A DNA stretch of 64,000 nt from Mustelus asterias (lineage: Eukaryota). The stretch covers positions 27,094,001 through 27,158,000 of the forward strand of contig NC_135814.1 of the NCBI RefSeq assembly GCF_964213995.1. Direction: 5' to 3'. A model generated the notes under the pieces. The model did no database searches. It was given only the letters and a program-made list of their open reading frames with translations, and had not been told where the DNA came from. The position numbers were made by a program, and so were the translations under genes. Positions 1 to 12,270 of this stretch are shown here, in pieces; position 1 is the first letter of the stretch; the number at the start of each line of letters is the position of its first letter.

Positions 1-1389
1 AGGCACTAAATAGACTCAATCTGCCAGCTGTAAAGAAGTGGATAGTTCAGGCGTCAGAGACAGCAGCATGCAAGATTGCCTGGCTCAAAGCCAAAGGATT
101 ACATAGTGTTTAGGTTTGATGTTATAAACCCAGGAGTTATGATTACTTAGATGTATGTGGGCTATTCATCATCTTTGCAATTACAAAAAGTTAATAGCAT
201 ATACGGAAACATTTCCAACAACATCTTATATTAGACAGTTACAGATGAGCATCGGAAAACAAGTATTCAACTGCAATTTTGAAATTTCACCCATGTTAAT
301 GTTGAAAGCAGACATTGAGCAGCTGGTCATTAAACATGGTGATATACAGTACAACTAAGCCATATCAATAAAATGTGTATCCCATCTGCTATTAATGTTT
401 TCTTACGGATATTTGTAGCCATGGGTAGCAATTTTCACAGACAAATGTCTGTGCCATATTTCACTGAACTCCGTGCCAAAACTGAAGCTTTATCTGTTAA
501 ACCAAAATGTTGGAAAGATTAACATTTGTATACCTAAGATGTGCTGATCAATCAATTATACATTAAACCATCAGTTTTTTGACCAATATAGATAAAATCA
601 GGTAATTCATGAATTAATATATTGTATTTTGATTTACTGTCACTAAGTGGTTTAAAATATATTGTCAATATATAGAATATAAAATATTAGTTTCTCATTG
701 CAAGTTCTATGAATTCGTCCACCATATTATAACTATTACATTGATGGTTGTCAGAGTGACACAAAAATGCCTCAAATTTCTGATAATGTGAAAATTTGTT
801 CCAGAGAGAAAAATCACTTGTTAGTCCTTTACTCTTGGCGAAAATTTCCTTATGTACAATGTGTTTTATTGCCATCTTTTAATTCCATTTAATTATATTC
901 ATCTTTTTCTTGAGTTATCTGCCCAAACAAAGGACCCTGGCTGTTATTCGCCCAACCATAGCTAAGTGCACCATTAAGCCCATGGCGGGATGGTCTTCCT
1001 GCCCATAGCCAATCGAGGTCCATTAATATTTAACCAGTGGTGGGTAGGGGACTTGTCATGCATGAAGCCCAAACAGCCAACCCTACTGAAGTTGCTTGTG
1101 GGCTTCCAGGGAGGGGGACCCTTGTTCAAAGGTACTCTTTGCATAATTGAGGGATTCCACTGTAGTATAAGTGTCTGGCACATTTAGGGGGGTTAATGTG
1201 GGACCAAGTACAATAGCGGCTACACAGAGATGTGAGAGAACATGTTACCTGCATCTGGGGGGGGAAGTCTAGTGTTGGACAAAACAAGCATGTAGAGAGC
1301 TCTTTACTGCATATGTTAACTACAAGAATGATGTACTTCAATACATACAATTAGCATATTTAAGACCACAAAAGCTTCATTAAGACCTA

Positions 1390-2100
1390 TCGAATGGTAT
1401 CCAACACCCTACAACATGGTGGCAGTAGTGGGATGGACCCCAAAATCCTAAAAGCATGAGGAAGTAAGGAAACAGCAATCTGATCTATGAAAAGTTGAAG
1501 ACACAACTGGAGATCATTTAAAAAAGCTTCATTGCCAGAATTGACTGAACACAAAGTCATGGGACCTGGCCAGATCACAAAAAGCTGATCAAAATTTAAA
1601 AACAAAATTGAAAGGGAGCTGAAAGGCAAAAGAGGCTGTGCAGATGAAAAGAAGAACTCGGGTGAATGCAGAGTCATTGGACCTGGCAGATCACAGAATG
1701 AGCAAACTACAATAAAAAGGCAGAAATTGCCTTTTAAAATCGGCAGCAATCAGAGTCAGCGAGAGCATACCAGAGCATGGCTTCAAGAAAGCTGCACCAG
1801 CGTCCACAGTCAGCACTATAACGCCATAACATCCAAGCACGCTCTGAGGAGAGGAAAAAAAATCAATCTGGAACAATTGCAACTAAAGAATTAGCATAAA
1901 AGAGCAGCAAAGGCCAGGATTCATGCCATTGAGATTCTAAATCACAGGAGTGAAATGGAGAAGTCTGTAGCTGGTCGACCCAAATAGCCATTGTTTACAT
2001 TTATTTAATGCTAAGTGTGAGTGTAATTGCAATGGGAGGCCACCAAAACCAACATAAGCAGGTAAACACTTTGAGGACAATCTTACCAAAAACATTAAGT
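1390..2100 (+). mobile_element. Possible highly decayed non-LTR retrotransposon ORF1 (coiled-coil, L1/Crack-type) remnant
   Basis: A-rich plus strand with fragments resembling ORF1 motifs (NLEQ..KN near 1865, DNLTKN near 2075) and an imperfect internal repeat (about 1553-1590 vs 1671-1703). Many stops; weak call. Confidence 0.25.
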
Positions 2101-4488
2101 GCCGACTGAGCATGAAAAACAGGAGTAAATTGCACCCATTTGTTGGGCAAGTTCTCAAATGCAATCGTACGGTACTTCGTGCAAAAAACGAGGTGAAGTG
2201 TGGTTCATGCCAGTAGGGGGAGTGGACGGAATCTATTCTCACTGGGAAGCCGCCCACTGGCCGAGCACTGCCCCGATATCCCTGCCTTCATCATGGCCCC
2301 ATTCCCTCCCAATAGGCCCTGCTCCTTGGCACTGACTGGTGCCCAATGGGCACAGTCAGGGTTCCTAGTTGGCAATGCCAACATGTCAGGCTGATACTGC
2401 TAGGGTCCCAGGCTGACACTGCCCACCCCTGCCCATCCAGGGGGCCTAAATGGCCTTCAGTCGCACTGGTAAAGCCATCAACAGGCCCTGTTGCTAGGGA
2501 CCATATGTGATCCTTTCCAGTGAGGACCTCCACTGGCAAGATCATTAAGACAAGTGAGTCCGGGACTCACCAGTTATATTAAATAACAATTTAAATATTA
2601 AATGAGCCTTGTGCCCTTCCCAGGCATGTGGCTGATCCCACCAGCAACCCAGGGCCAGTAAGATTGTGAGAGGTGAGAAACCAGGCGCGAACCCAGTTTA
2701 ACCCCCCAACTCATGATTTTACTGGCTCACCACACTGGTCAACAGGTGTGATGAACCAGAAAGATCACTCCCATTGTTTTCAAATGAACTGAATTTTGGC
2801 AACTTCTTAAAGCTGAACCTGCACTTTAGCATTTTTTGACTATGGATCAAATGATCAACATACCAGATCAGTTTAGACTTATTAGAGTCAAGTCGAATGG
2901 AAAATTGGGGATCCTGGAGAAGAGAACTTTAAAACTATTGAAATATATCAGGTTTAAATAAAAAGTCCAGATAAATAATTTCATACTGTTTTGATGAACT
3001 TGCTGATGAAGTGATCCAAATGCAGTTAATTGATGAATCCTGAACCAGCGTCGATGAAATAGTAAAAGCCTAAGAATATTTCATCTTCAATTTGAGGAGT
3101 GCACAGAGCTTAAAAAGAGGCCCAGAAAACCCCAGAAATACAAAAGTCAATATTGGAGTAAAAAGTACATTGAAACATGGAAGATAAGAGCAGGAGGAGG
3201 CCATTTGGCCCTTTGAGTCTGCTCTGCCATTCATTATGATCATGGCTGATTATCCAACTCAATATCCTAATCCTGCTTTCTCCCCATAACCTTTGATCCC
3301 ATTCGCCCCAAGTGCTATATCCAGCCGCCTCTTGAATACATTTAATGTTTTGGCATCAACTACTTCCTGTGGTAACGAATTTCATAGGCTCACCACTCTT
3401 TGGGTGAAGAAATGTCTCCTCACCTCCATCCTAAATGGTCTATCCTGTATCCTCAGACTGTCACCCCTGGTTCTGGACACCCCCACCATCGGGCACACCT
3501 TTCTTGCATCTATTCTGTCTAGTCCTGTTAGAATTTTATACGTCTCTATGAGATCCCCCCTCATTCGTCTGAACTCCAGCAAAAACAATCCTAACCTAGT
3601 CAATCTCACCACATACATCAGTCCCTCCATCCCTGGAATCAGCCTGGTAAACCTTCACTGCACTCCCTCGAGAGCAAGAACATCCTTTCTCAGAAAATGA
3701 GACCAAAACTGCACACAATATTCTAGGTGTGGCCTCACCAAGGCCCTGTATAATTACAACAACACATCCCTGCTCCTGTACTCGAAACCTTTCGCAATGA
3801 AGGCCAACATGCCATTTGTCTTTTTCACCACTTATTGCACTTGCATTCTTACCTTCAGCAACTGGTGCACAAGGACACCCAGGTCATAAGAACATAAGAA
3901 CATAAGAAATAGGAGCAGGAGTAGGCCATCTAGCCCCTCGAGCCTGCCCCGCCATTCAATAAGATCATGGCTGATCTGACGTGGATCAGTACCACTTACC
4001 CGCCTGATCCCCATAACCCTTAATTCCCTTACCGATCAGGAATCCATCCATCCGCGCTTTAAACATATTCAGCGAGGTAGCCTCCACCACCTCAGTGGGC
4101 AGAGAATTCCAGAGATTCACCACCCTCTGGGAGAAGAAGTTCCTCCTCAACTCTGTCTTAAACCGACCCCCCTTTATTTTGAGGCTGTGTCCTCTAGTTT
4201 TAACTTCCTTACTAAGTGGAAAGAATCTCTCCACCTCCACTCTATCCAGCCCCCGCATTATCTTATAAGTCTCCATAAGATCCCCCCTCATCCTTCTAAA
4301 CTCCAACGAGTACAAACCCAATCTCCTCAGCCTCTCCTCATAATCCAAACCCCTCATCTCCGGTATCAACCTGGTGAACCTTCTCTGCACTCCCTCCAAT
4401 GCCAATATATCCTTCCTCATATAAGGGGACCAATACTGCACACAGTATTCCAGCTGCGGCCTCACCAATGCCCTGTACAGGTGCATCA

Positions 4489-5236
4489 GTGACCAAGACA
4501 CCACACAACCCTGCAACAGCAACCTCTGCAAGACGTGCCGGATCATCGACACAGATGCCATCATCTCACGTGAGAACACCATCCACCAGGTACACGGTAC
4601 ATACTCTTGCAACTCGGCCAATGTTGTCTACCTGATACGCTGCAAGAAAGGATGTCCCGAGGCATGGTACATTGGGGAAACTATGCAGACGCTGCAACAA
4701 CGGATGAATGAACACCGCTCGACAATCACCAGGCAAGACTGTTCTCTTCCTGTTGGGGAGCACTTCAGCGGTCACGGGCATTCGGCCTCTGATATTCGGG
4801 TAAGCGTTCTCCAAGGCGGCCTTCGCGACACACGACAGCGCAGAGTCGCTGAGCAGAAACTGATAGCCAAGTTCCGCACACACAAGGACGGCCTCAACCG
4901 GGATATTGGGTTTATGTCACACTATTTGTAACTCCCACAGTTGCGTGGACCTGCAGAGTTTCACTGGCTGTCTTGTCTGGAGACAATACACATCTTTTTA
5001 GCCTGTCTTGATGCTCTCTCCACTCCCATTGTTTTGTTTCTTAAAGACTGGATTAGTTGTAAGTATTCGCATTCCAACCATTATTCATGTAAATTGAGTC
5101 TGTGTCTTTATAAGTTCTGTTTGTGAACAGAATTCCCACTCACCTGAAGAAGGGGCTCAGAGCCTCGAAAGCTTGTGTGGCTTTTGCTACCAAATAAACC
5201 TGTTGGACTTTAACCTGGTGTTGTTAAACTTCTTAC
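4489..5236 (+). mobile_element. 5'-truncated Penelope-like element (GIY-YIG endonuclease C-terminus plus pseudo-LTR)
   Basis: Translates as NVVYLIRCKKGCPEAWYIGETMQTLQQRMNEH...GLNRD. Duplicated target TACAGGTGCATCA at 4476-4488 and 5234-5246. Ends in CTTCTTAC like the other Penelope ends in the window. Confidence 0.93.
5136..5180 (+). ncRNA. Minimal type-I hammerhead ribozyme motif in a Penelope pseudo-LTR
   Basis: CTGAAGA (5144-5150), stem GGGGCT/AGCCTC, GAAA (5167-5170), palindromic AGCT helix III, flanking CAC/GTG stem I. Confidence 0.75.
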
Positions 5237-5246
5237 AGGTGCATCA

Positions 5247-6868
5247 AGACATCCCTGCTTTTATATTCTATCCCCCTCGCAATATAGGCCAACATCCCAT
5301 TTGCCTTCTTGATCACCTGTTGTACCTGCAGACTGGGCTTTTGCATCTCATGCACAAGGACCCCCAGGTCCCTTTGCACGGTAGCATGTTTTAATTTGTT
5401 TCCATTGAGATAGTAATCCCATTTGTTATTATTTCCTCCAAAGTGTATAACCTCGCATTTCTCAACGTTATACTCCATTTGCCATATCCTCGCCCACTCA
5501 CTCAGCCTGTCCAAATCTCTCTGCAGATCTTCTCCGTCCTCCACACGATTCACTTTTCCACTTATCTTTGTGTCGTCTGCAAACTTCGTTACCCTACACT
5601 CCGTCCCCTCCTCCAGATCATCTATATAAATGGTAAACAGTTGCGGCCCGAGTACCGATCCCTGCGGCACGCCGCTAGTTACATTCCTCCAACCGGAAAA
5701 ACACCCATTTATTCCGACTCTTTGCTTCCTGTCGGATAGCCAGTCCCCAATCCACTTTAACACACTACCCCCAACTCCGTGTGCCCTAATCTTCTTCAGC
5801 AGCCTTTTATGGGGCACCTTATCAAACGCCTTTTGGAAATCCAAAAACACCGCATCCACCGGTTCTCCTCCATCAACCGCCCTCGTCACATCTTCATAAA
5901 AATCCAACATGTTCGTCAAGCATGACTTTCCCCTCATGAATCCATGCTGCGTCTGATTGATCGAACCATTTCTATCCAGATGCCCTGCTATCTCCTCTTT
6001 AATAATGGATTCCAGCATTTTCCCTACTACAGACGTTAAGCTGACCGGCCTATAGTTACCCGCCTTTTGTCTCCTTCCTTTTTTAAACAGCGGGGTAACA
6101 TTAGCCGTTTTCCAATCAACCGGCACTACCCCAGAATGCAACGAGTTTTGATAAATAATCACTAACGCATCCACTATTACCTCTGACATTTCTTTCAACA
6201 CCCTGGGATGCATTCCATCCGGACCCGGGGACTTGTCCACCTTCAGTCCCATTAGTCTACCCAGCACTGCCTCTCTGGTAACATTAATTGTATTAAGTAT
6301 TTCTCCTGCTGCCAACCCTCTATCGTTAATATTTGGCAAACTATTTGTGTCCTCCACCGTGAAGACCGACACAAAAAACTTATTTAAAGACTCAGCCATA
6401 TCCTCATTTCCCACTATTAACTCCCCCCTCTCGTCCTCCAAGGGTCCAACATTCACTCTAGCCACTCTATTCCTTTTTATATATTTATAAAAACTTTTAC
6501 TATCATTTTTTATATTAATTGCTAGCCTAGCTTCATAGTCTATCCTTCCTTTCTTTATCGCTTTCTTAGTCTCTCTTTGTTGTTTCTTAAATTTTTCCCA
6601 ATCACTTGTTTCTCCACTATTTTTGGCCACTCTGTACGCAGCTGTTTTTATTTTAATACTCTCCTTTATTTCCTTCGTTATCCACGGCTGGTTCTCCCTT
6701 TTCTTACAATCCTTGTTTTTTGCTGGAATATATTTTTGCTGAGAACTGAAAAGGATCTCCTTAAAAATCCTCCACTGTTCCTCAGCTATCCTACCTGCCA
6801 GCCTGCTCTCCCAGTCTACCTTAGCCAATTCATCCCTCATCCTATCATATTTCCCTCTGTTCAAACAG
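5247..6868 (-). CDS. CR1 ORF2 reverse transcriptase domain (5'-truncated; continues at 4488-3986 after the Penelope insert)
   Basis: Track ORF 5233..6897 ends RDVLMHL and track ORF 3986..4621 contains [14 protein letters not shown]. The frames join when the insert and one TSD copy are removed. Confidence 0.85.
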
Positions 6869-9800
6869 AGGTCCCGCTGCTCACTTCCCTCTCCCAATTT
6901 GCAACCATTCAGGTAGTAATTGCCTCTTTGTTTTTGTTTCCTAAGTGAATAACCTCACATTTATCCAAATTATACTGCATCTGTTATTGATTTGCCCACT
7001 CACCCAACCTGTATCCTCATCACAGTTCACCCTCCCACCCAACTTGATATCATCTGCAAACTTTGAGATGTTACATTGTTCCCTCATCCAAATCATTAAT
7101 ATATATTGTGAATAGCTGGGGTCACGGCACTGAACCCTGTGGCACCCCACTAGTTACTACCTGCCAAATTGAAAAGCACCCATTAATTCCTACTCTTTGT
7201 TTCCTCTCTACCAACCAGTTTTCTATCCATCTCAATACACTTCCCCCAATTCTATGCGCTTTAATCTCTTATGCGGGACTTTGTCAAATGCTTTCTGAAA
7301 GTCCAAATATACCACATCGACTGGCTTCCCCTTGTCAACTCTACCAGTTACATCTTCAAAGAATTCCAACAGATTTGTCATGAATGATTTCCCCTTCATA
7401 AATCCATGCTGACTCTGTCTGATACTGCCATTGCTTTCTAAATGCTCCCCTATAAAGTTCTTGATATTGGATTCGAGAATTTTCCCCACCACCGATGTTA
7501 GGCTTACTGGTCTATAATCCCTGTTTACCCTCTACCTCCATTTTTGAATATTGGAGTGACATTAGCTCCCCTCCAGTCTACAGGGACTGTTCCATTGTCG
7601 ATAGAATCCTGGAAGATGACCACCAATGCATCCATTATTTCTAGAGTCACTTCCTTAAGTACTCTGGAATGTAGATTATCAGGCCCTGGGGATTTATCTG
7701 CCTTCAATCCCATCAATTTTCCCAGCGCCATTTCTCTACTAAAATTGATCTCCCTCAGTTCTTCCCACTCACTAAATCTTGCATTCTTCATCATTTTTGG
7801 GATCTGATTTGTGTCCTCTTTTGTGAAGACTGAACCAAATTATGTATTTAGTTGCTCAGCAATTTCTTTGTACCCTATTATACATTCCCCCGTTTGTCTG
7901 TAGGGGACCTACATTTGTCTTCACCAACCTCTTTCTCTTCACGTTTCTATAGAAACTCTTAGTGTTCCCTGCAAGCTTACTTTCATACTGTATTTTCCCC
8001 TTCTTAATCAATCCCTTGGTCCTTCTTTGCTGAATTCTAAACTACTCCCAATCATCAGACCTATTTTTTTTTGGCCAATCTGTATGCTTCTTTCTTGGAT
8101 CGGATACTATCTCTAATTTCCTTTGTAAACCATGGATTAGCCCTCTTACCCATTTTGCTTTTGTGCCAGACAGGAATAAGCAGTTGCTGCAGGTCCCCCA
8201 TGCCTTCCTTGAATGTTTGCCATTGCCTATCCACTGTCATCCCTTTAAATAACTCTCCCCAATCTATCAAGGCCAACTCACACCTCATATCTCCATAGTT
8301 TCCTTTATTAAGTTTCAGCGCTCTGAATCAACTACTTCACTCTTCATCTTGATAAAAACTTCTATCATGTTATGGTCGCTCATCCCCAAGGGGTCTCACA
8401 CAGCTCGATTGGCAATGATTCCCTTCTCATTACACAGTTCCCAGTCAAAGATGGTCTGCTCTCCAGTTGGTTCCTCCACATATTGGTCAAGAAAACCATC
8501 CCAGGAATTCCTCTTCTACGGCATTGTGGCTAATTTGATTTGCCCAATCTATGTGCAGATTAAAATCACCGATATTCCCTTATCACATCTCTAATTTCAT
8601 GTTTAATACCATTCCCAACATCACTACTTCAGATTGAAGTCTATATATGACACCCACTAATGTTTTTTGCCCCTTGGTATTTCTCAACTCTACCCATACA
8701 GACTCCGCGATGTCAAAGCTAATATCCTTTCTCACTATTGTGTTAATTTTCTCTTTAACCAGCAGTGCCACTCCACCATCTTTTCCTTTATGCCTGCCCT
8801 TCCTAAATACTGAATACCCTGGGACATTCAATTCCCATCCCTGCAGCCATGTCTCCGTAATCCTAATTATATCGTAATCCCAATTATATCGTACCCGTTT
8901 ACATCTATCTGCACGATTAGTTCATCCACTTTATTGCAAGTGCTCCACCCATTAAGGCACAGAGCCTTTAAGCTTGTCTTTTTGTCTCACTCCCAATATT
9001 TTTCTCTATAGCCCTATTTGAATTTTGTCCTTGGTTTCTTTGCCTATCACTTTTCTTATTCCCTTTTCTACCTTTTGTTTTTTGTCCTTGCCCCCCTCCT
9101 TCTTTGACTCCTTACATAGGTTCCCATCCCCCTGGCATATTAGTTTAAACCCTCCCCAACTGCTCCAGCAAACAGTCCCCCTTGGACATCAGTCCCAGCT
9201 CTGCCCAGGTGTAACCCGTCCAATTTGTACAGGTCCCACCTCCCCCAGAACCAGTTCCAATGCCCCAGGAATCTGAAACCCTCCCCCTGACACCATCTCT
9301 TCAGCCACGTATTCATCCGATATATCCTGTCATTCCTACTCTGACTAGCTTGAGGCGCTGTAGTAATCCTGAGATCACATCCTTTGAGGTCCGATTTCTT
9401 AACTTTCTTCCTAGCTCCCTGTATTCTGCTTTTGGGACCTCATCCCTTTTTTATCTATTTCATTTGTACCGATGTATACCACGACCACTGGCTGTTCGCC
9501 CTCCCCCTCCAGAATGTTCTCTACTCACTCCGAGACAGCCTTGACCTGAGCACCAGGGAGGCAACATACCATCCTGGAGTCTTGTTTGTGGCCACAAAAA
9601 CATCAGTCTATCCCTCTTACAAGTGAGTCCCCTATAACTATTGCACTGGCACACTTTTTACCCCTCTCCTCTGCCGCAAAACCAACCATGGTGCAACGAG
9701 TTTGGCTGCTGCTGCTTTCCCTTGGGAGGCCATTCCCCTCAACAACATTCAAAAAAGGTGTATCTGTTTTGCAGGAGAATGGCCACAGGAGATTCCTCCA

Positions 9801-10918
9801 CTGCTCGCCCATCTCTCTTGCTCTGTCTGGTGGTCACCCATTCCCTTCCTGCCTGCGGAGTCTGAGCCTGCGGTGTGACCACTCCTCTATATGTGATATC
9901 CATGATACTCTCTGACTCCCGGGTGCTCCACAGTGTCTCCAGCCGCTGCTCCAGCTCTGAAACTCAAGCTTCCAGGAGCTGCTGCTGGAGACACTTCCTG
10001 CACACATGCTGACCCAGGGGACTGGAACTGTCCCCAGCCTGCCACATGGAGCAAGAGGAGCAAACCACGGCTTGGAGCTCTCCTGTCATGTCTTACCCCT
10101 TTAAATTAAACTTTTGAAAGACGTTTTGTTTCAGATTATATCCAATTCTCTAGGGCCTTTCTTTCCTGTTCCTCATCACTACCGAATATAACCGTTACAA
10201 ACTATAAACCACAGAAATTACACAGAAGCACTGTTGTAGTGTACAACCACAACTACAATGCCAAGAGAAATAAAAGAAAAATACTACTTACCAATCAGCA
10301 GCCAATAACTTACCTGCTGGCTGTGACAGTATGGTTCGATTTTTTTCTACCTCTCACTTGCCTTCAAGTCTCCCTCGTAGGTCTGTCTCTCCGCTCTTGC
10401 CAAAGAACACCTAATTTCCCCTCAGCACCAAATTCCCACTTATCTCAAAATTCCTGATACCCTCACTCTGGCTGAAATCTCACTCCGGCTGCAGACACTC
10501 TCCCACTGGCGTGCGCAGGTTCACTGGACATGCTCTTGCTAAAAGCACTGCCTTATATACATCCGAGGTGAGCTAGGATGACTCACACACCAGTCTAAAA
10601 TTCCTAAGTGTTCACACCTATTGAGGCCCAGAGAGTTAGGGGAACTTACTGAGACTCAAAAATATATATTTTTGGAAATCCCAACATATGATCTGAACTA
10701 CAATAGCAGGCAACAGTGCAGGGCAAGCAGATTGTTGTGAATGAAGGAAAGCTATCTGATAAAAGGCAAAAAAAACAATTTCTGCTCAAGGAAAATGGAA
10801 GAAGGTTGCTGAATGATCGTATCTGAACTGAATTGGAAGATTTGAAACTCAAGATTCAAGCTAAGTGTAAATTCTTGAAAATGCATGAGACACTAGTTGT
10901 CATTGAACCATTGACTCT

Positions 10919-11228
10919 TTAGAATCTCTCCAGTGCATAAAGAAGCCATTCGGCCCATCGAGTCTGCACTGATTCCCTGAAAGAGCATCCTGCCCAGCCC
11001 CGCCCCCATCTGCCTGCCCTATCCCCATAACGCTGTGCATTTGCCATGGCCAATCTTCCTAACCTGTACATCTTTGCATTTTGGGATGAAACAGGAGCAC
11101 CCAGAGGAATACCACACAGACACGGGGAGAGCGTGCAAACTCTACACAAGTCACCCAAGGCCAGAATTGAACCTGGGTTCCTGTCACTGTGAGGCAGCAG
11201 TGCTAGTCACTGTGCCACCGCACTGCCC
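10919..11228 (-). mobile_element. HE1-like tRNA-derived V-SINE
   Basis: Reverse strand reads GGGCAGTGCGGTGGCACAGTGACTAGCACTGCTGCCTCACAG...GGTTCAATTC (A/B boxes), then the conserved central domain and a CR1-type tail. Confidence 0.88.
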
Positions 11229-11239
11229 TAAACTATTCT

Positions 11240-12270
11240 AACCAAGCTGTTCAAGTTCAGAACAAACATTTTGAGGTATTACAGAGGTACAAAAGACTAC
11301 AGAGCTGGAGAAAATGGGTGGATATTCTGAAATAGACTTGGAAAGTCCATATTTTCGAGGGCATACATAAAGAGATGAAAATCAAAATAGCTACAGAAAG
11401 TCGAAGTTCTCGTTAAAGAGCGCCAGGGATCTCAAAAAACAAGCAGCAGAAGCACAGTTACAAATTGCGAGCTTGAGCGATAGCACAGAGAAATGACACT
11501 CTGCCAAGGAAAGCAGATCAGTGTAGAGAATCCAGTTTCACATATGAAAGGTGCATTTGATAATGAAAAACAAGAACTAATGAGAACATTGGAATATTGC
11601 TCACAGGCAGTAGAAAGAGGACTTGAAACACTTAAATAATGAACTTGTGGAAACAAATTCAACAAAAATGGATCTTCAATTAAAACTTGATGAACTTCAA
11701 GCATCAGAACTCTTTAGTAAGCATCGGGCAAAATGCCAGGAAGAGGAAAAGAAGTTGCTGATGAATCAGAACAGTTGCTTGAAAGCAGAATTAACAACCG
11801 AAACCGATTAACTTCTTGAATTTTGGTCCAATCTGAACAACATGAAGGATGAGGTAAAAACAGAAAATGCTGCAAAATCTCAGCAGGTCTGACAGCATTT
11901 GTGAAGAGAGAATAGAGCCAACATTTCGAGTCTGACTGACCCATTGTCAGAGCTGCTGAGATTTTCCAGCATTTTCTGTTTATGTTTCAGATTCCAGCAT
12001 CTGCAGTATTTTGCCTTTATGAAAGATGAGGTGTACAGTGTGATCGAGCAAATCCAGACTTCAAAAGCAGAAGGGTGAATTCTACAGAACAGATCATGAT
12101 CTGATGTTTGTTTCTTGGACTCTTCCAGTTCAGTGACCATGGAAGAAAGATTCTGAAAAGAACTGAGTGCCCAGACAAAGTTGTTAAACTTTATACAAGA
12201 TTTCCCCATATAACTCTGAAACAAAAACTCTGTAACTTACCAGCTTTGTTGTTGAGCTGAATGAAAAGAT
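11240..12270 (+). pseudogene. TPR: Intronless decayed copy of the nucleoporin TPR N-terminal coiled coil
   Basis: [40 protein letters not shown]...EKKLLMNQNSCLKAELTTETD and MEERF*KELSAQTKL match recalled vertebrate TPR segments ([40 protein letters not shown]...[36 protein letters not shown]) collinearly. Contains stops and frameshifts, no introns. Confidence 0.8.
11856..12018. mobile_element. Short fold-back repeat (second Penelope-type pLTR derivative) inserted in the TPR pseudogene
   Basis: 14-bp TSD ATGAAGGATGAGGT (11842-11855) / ATGAAAGATGAGGT (12019-12032). Inverted arms AAACAGAAAATGCTG..AAATCTCAGCAG / CTGCTGAGATTT..CAGCATTTTCTGTTT. Degenerate hammerhead core on the minus strand at 11914-11955. 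Confidence 0.75.

Larger units (their letters stand above)
3886..6868 (-). mobile_element. Young 5'-truncated CR1 LINE inserted into the older CR1
   Basis: (CATAAGAA)n microsatellite tail at 3885-3908. 5-bp TSD AGGTC at 3881-3885 and 6869-6873. Open RT frame with FLDFQKAFD, GVPQGSVLGP and KFADDTK. Confidence 0.93.
3172..10600 (-). mobile_element. Old near-full-length CR1 (HER1-like) LINE, split by a younger CR1
   Basis: 3' tail at about 3172. ORF2 C-terminus at 3382-3630 (LEFRRMRGDLIETYKI). RT fragments at 6941-7794 (YLDFQKAFDKVPH, KFADD). APE endonuclease at 8583-8831 (GGVALLVKE, ESVWVEL). ORF1 esterase motif AIVIGDSLVRG at 9603-9812. ORF1 start near 10089 (MTGELQAVVCSSC..VCRKC, zinc finger/leucine zipper). 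Many frameshifts and stops; 5' boundary approximate. Confidence 0.9.

Noticed and set aside
3986-4621. 211-aa ORF as a standalone gene
   Set aside because: Its N-terminus is antisense Penelope read in frame into the CR1 ORF2 C-terminus.
8856-8893. 17-bp tandem duplication CGTAATCC(T/C)AATTATAT
   Set aside because: Ordinary slippage duplication within a dead CR1.
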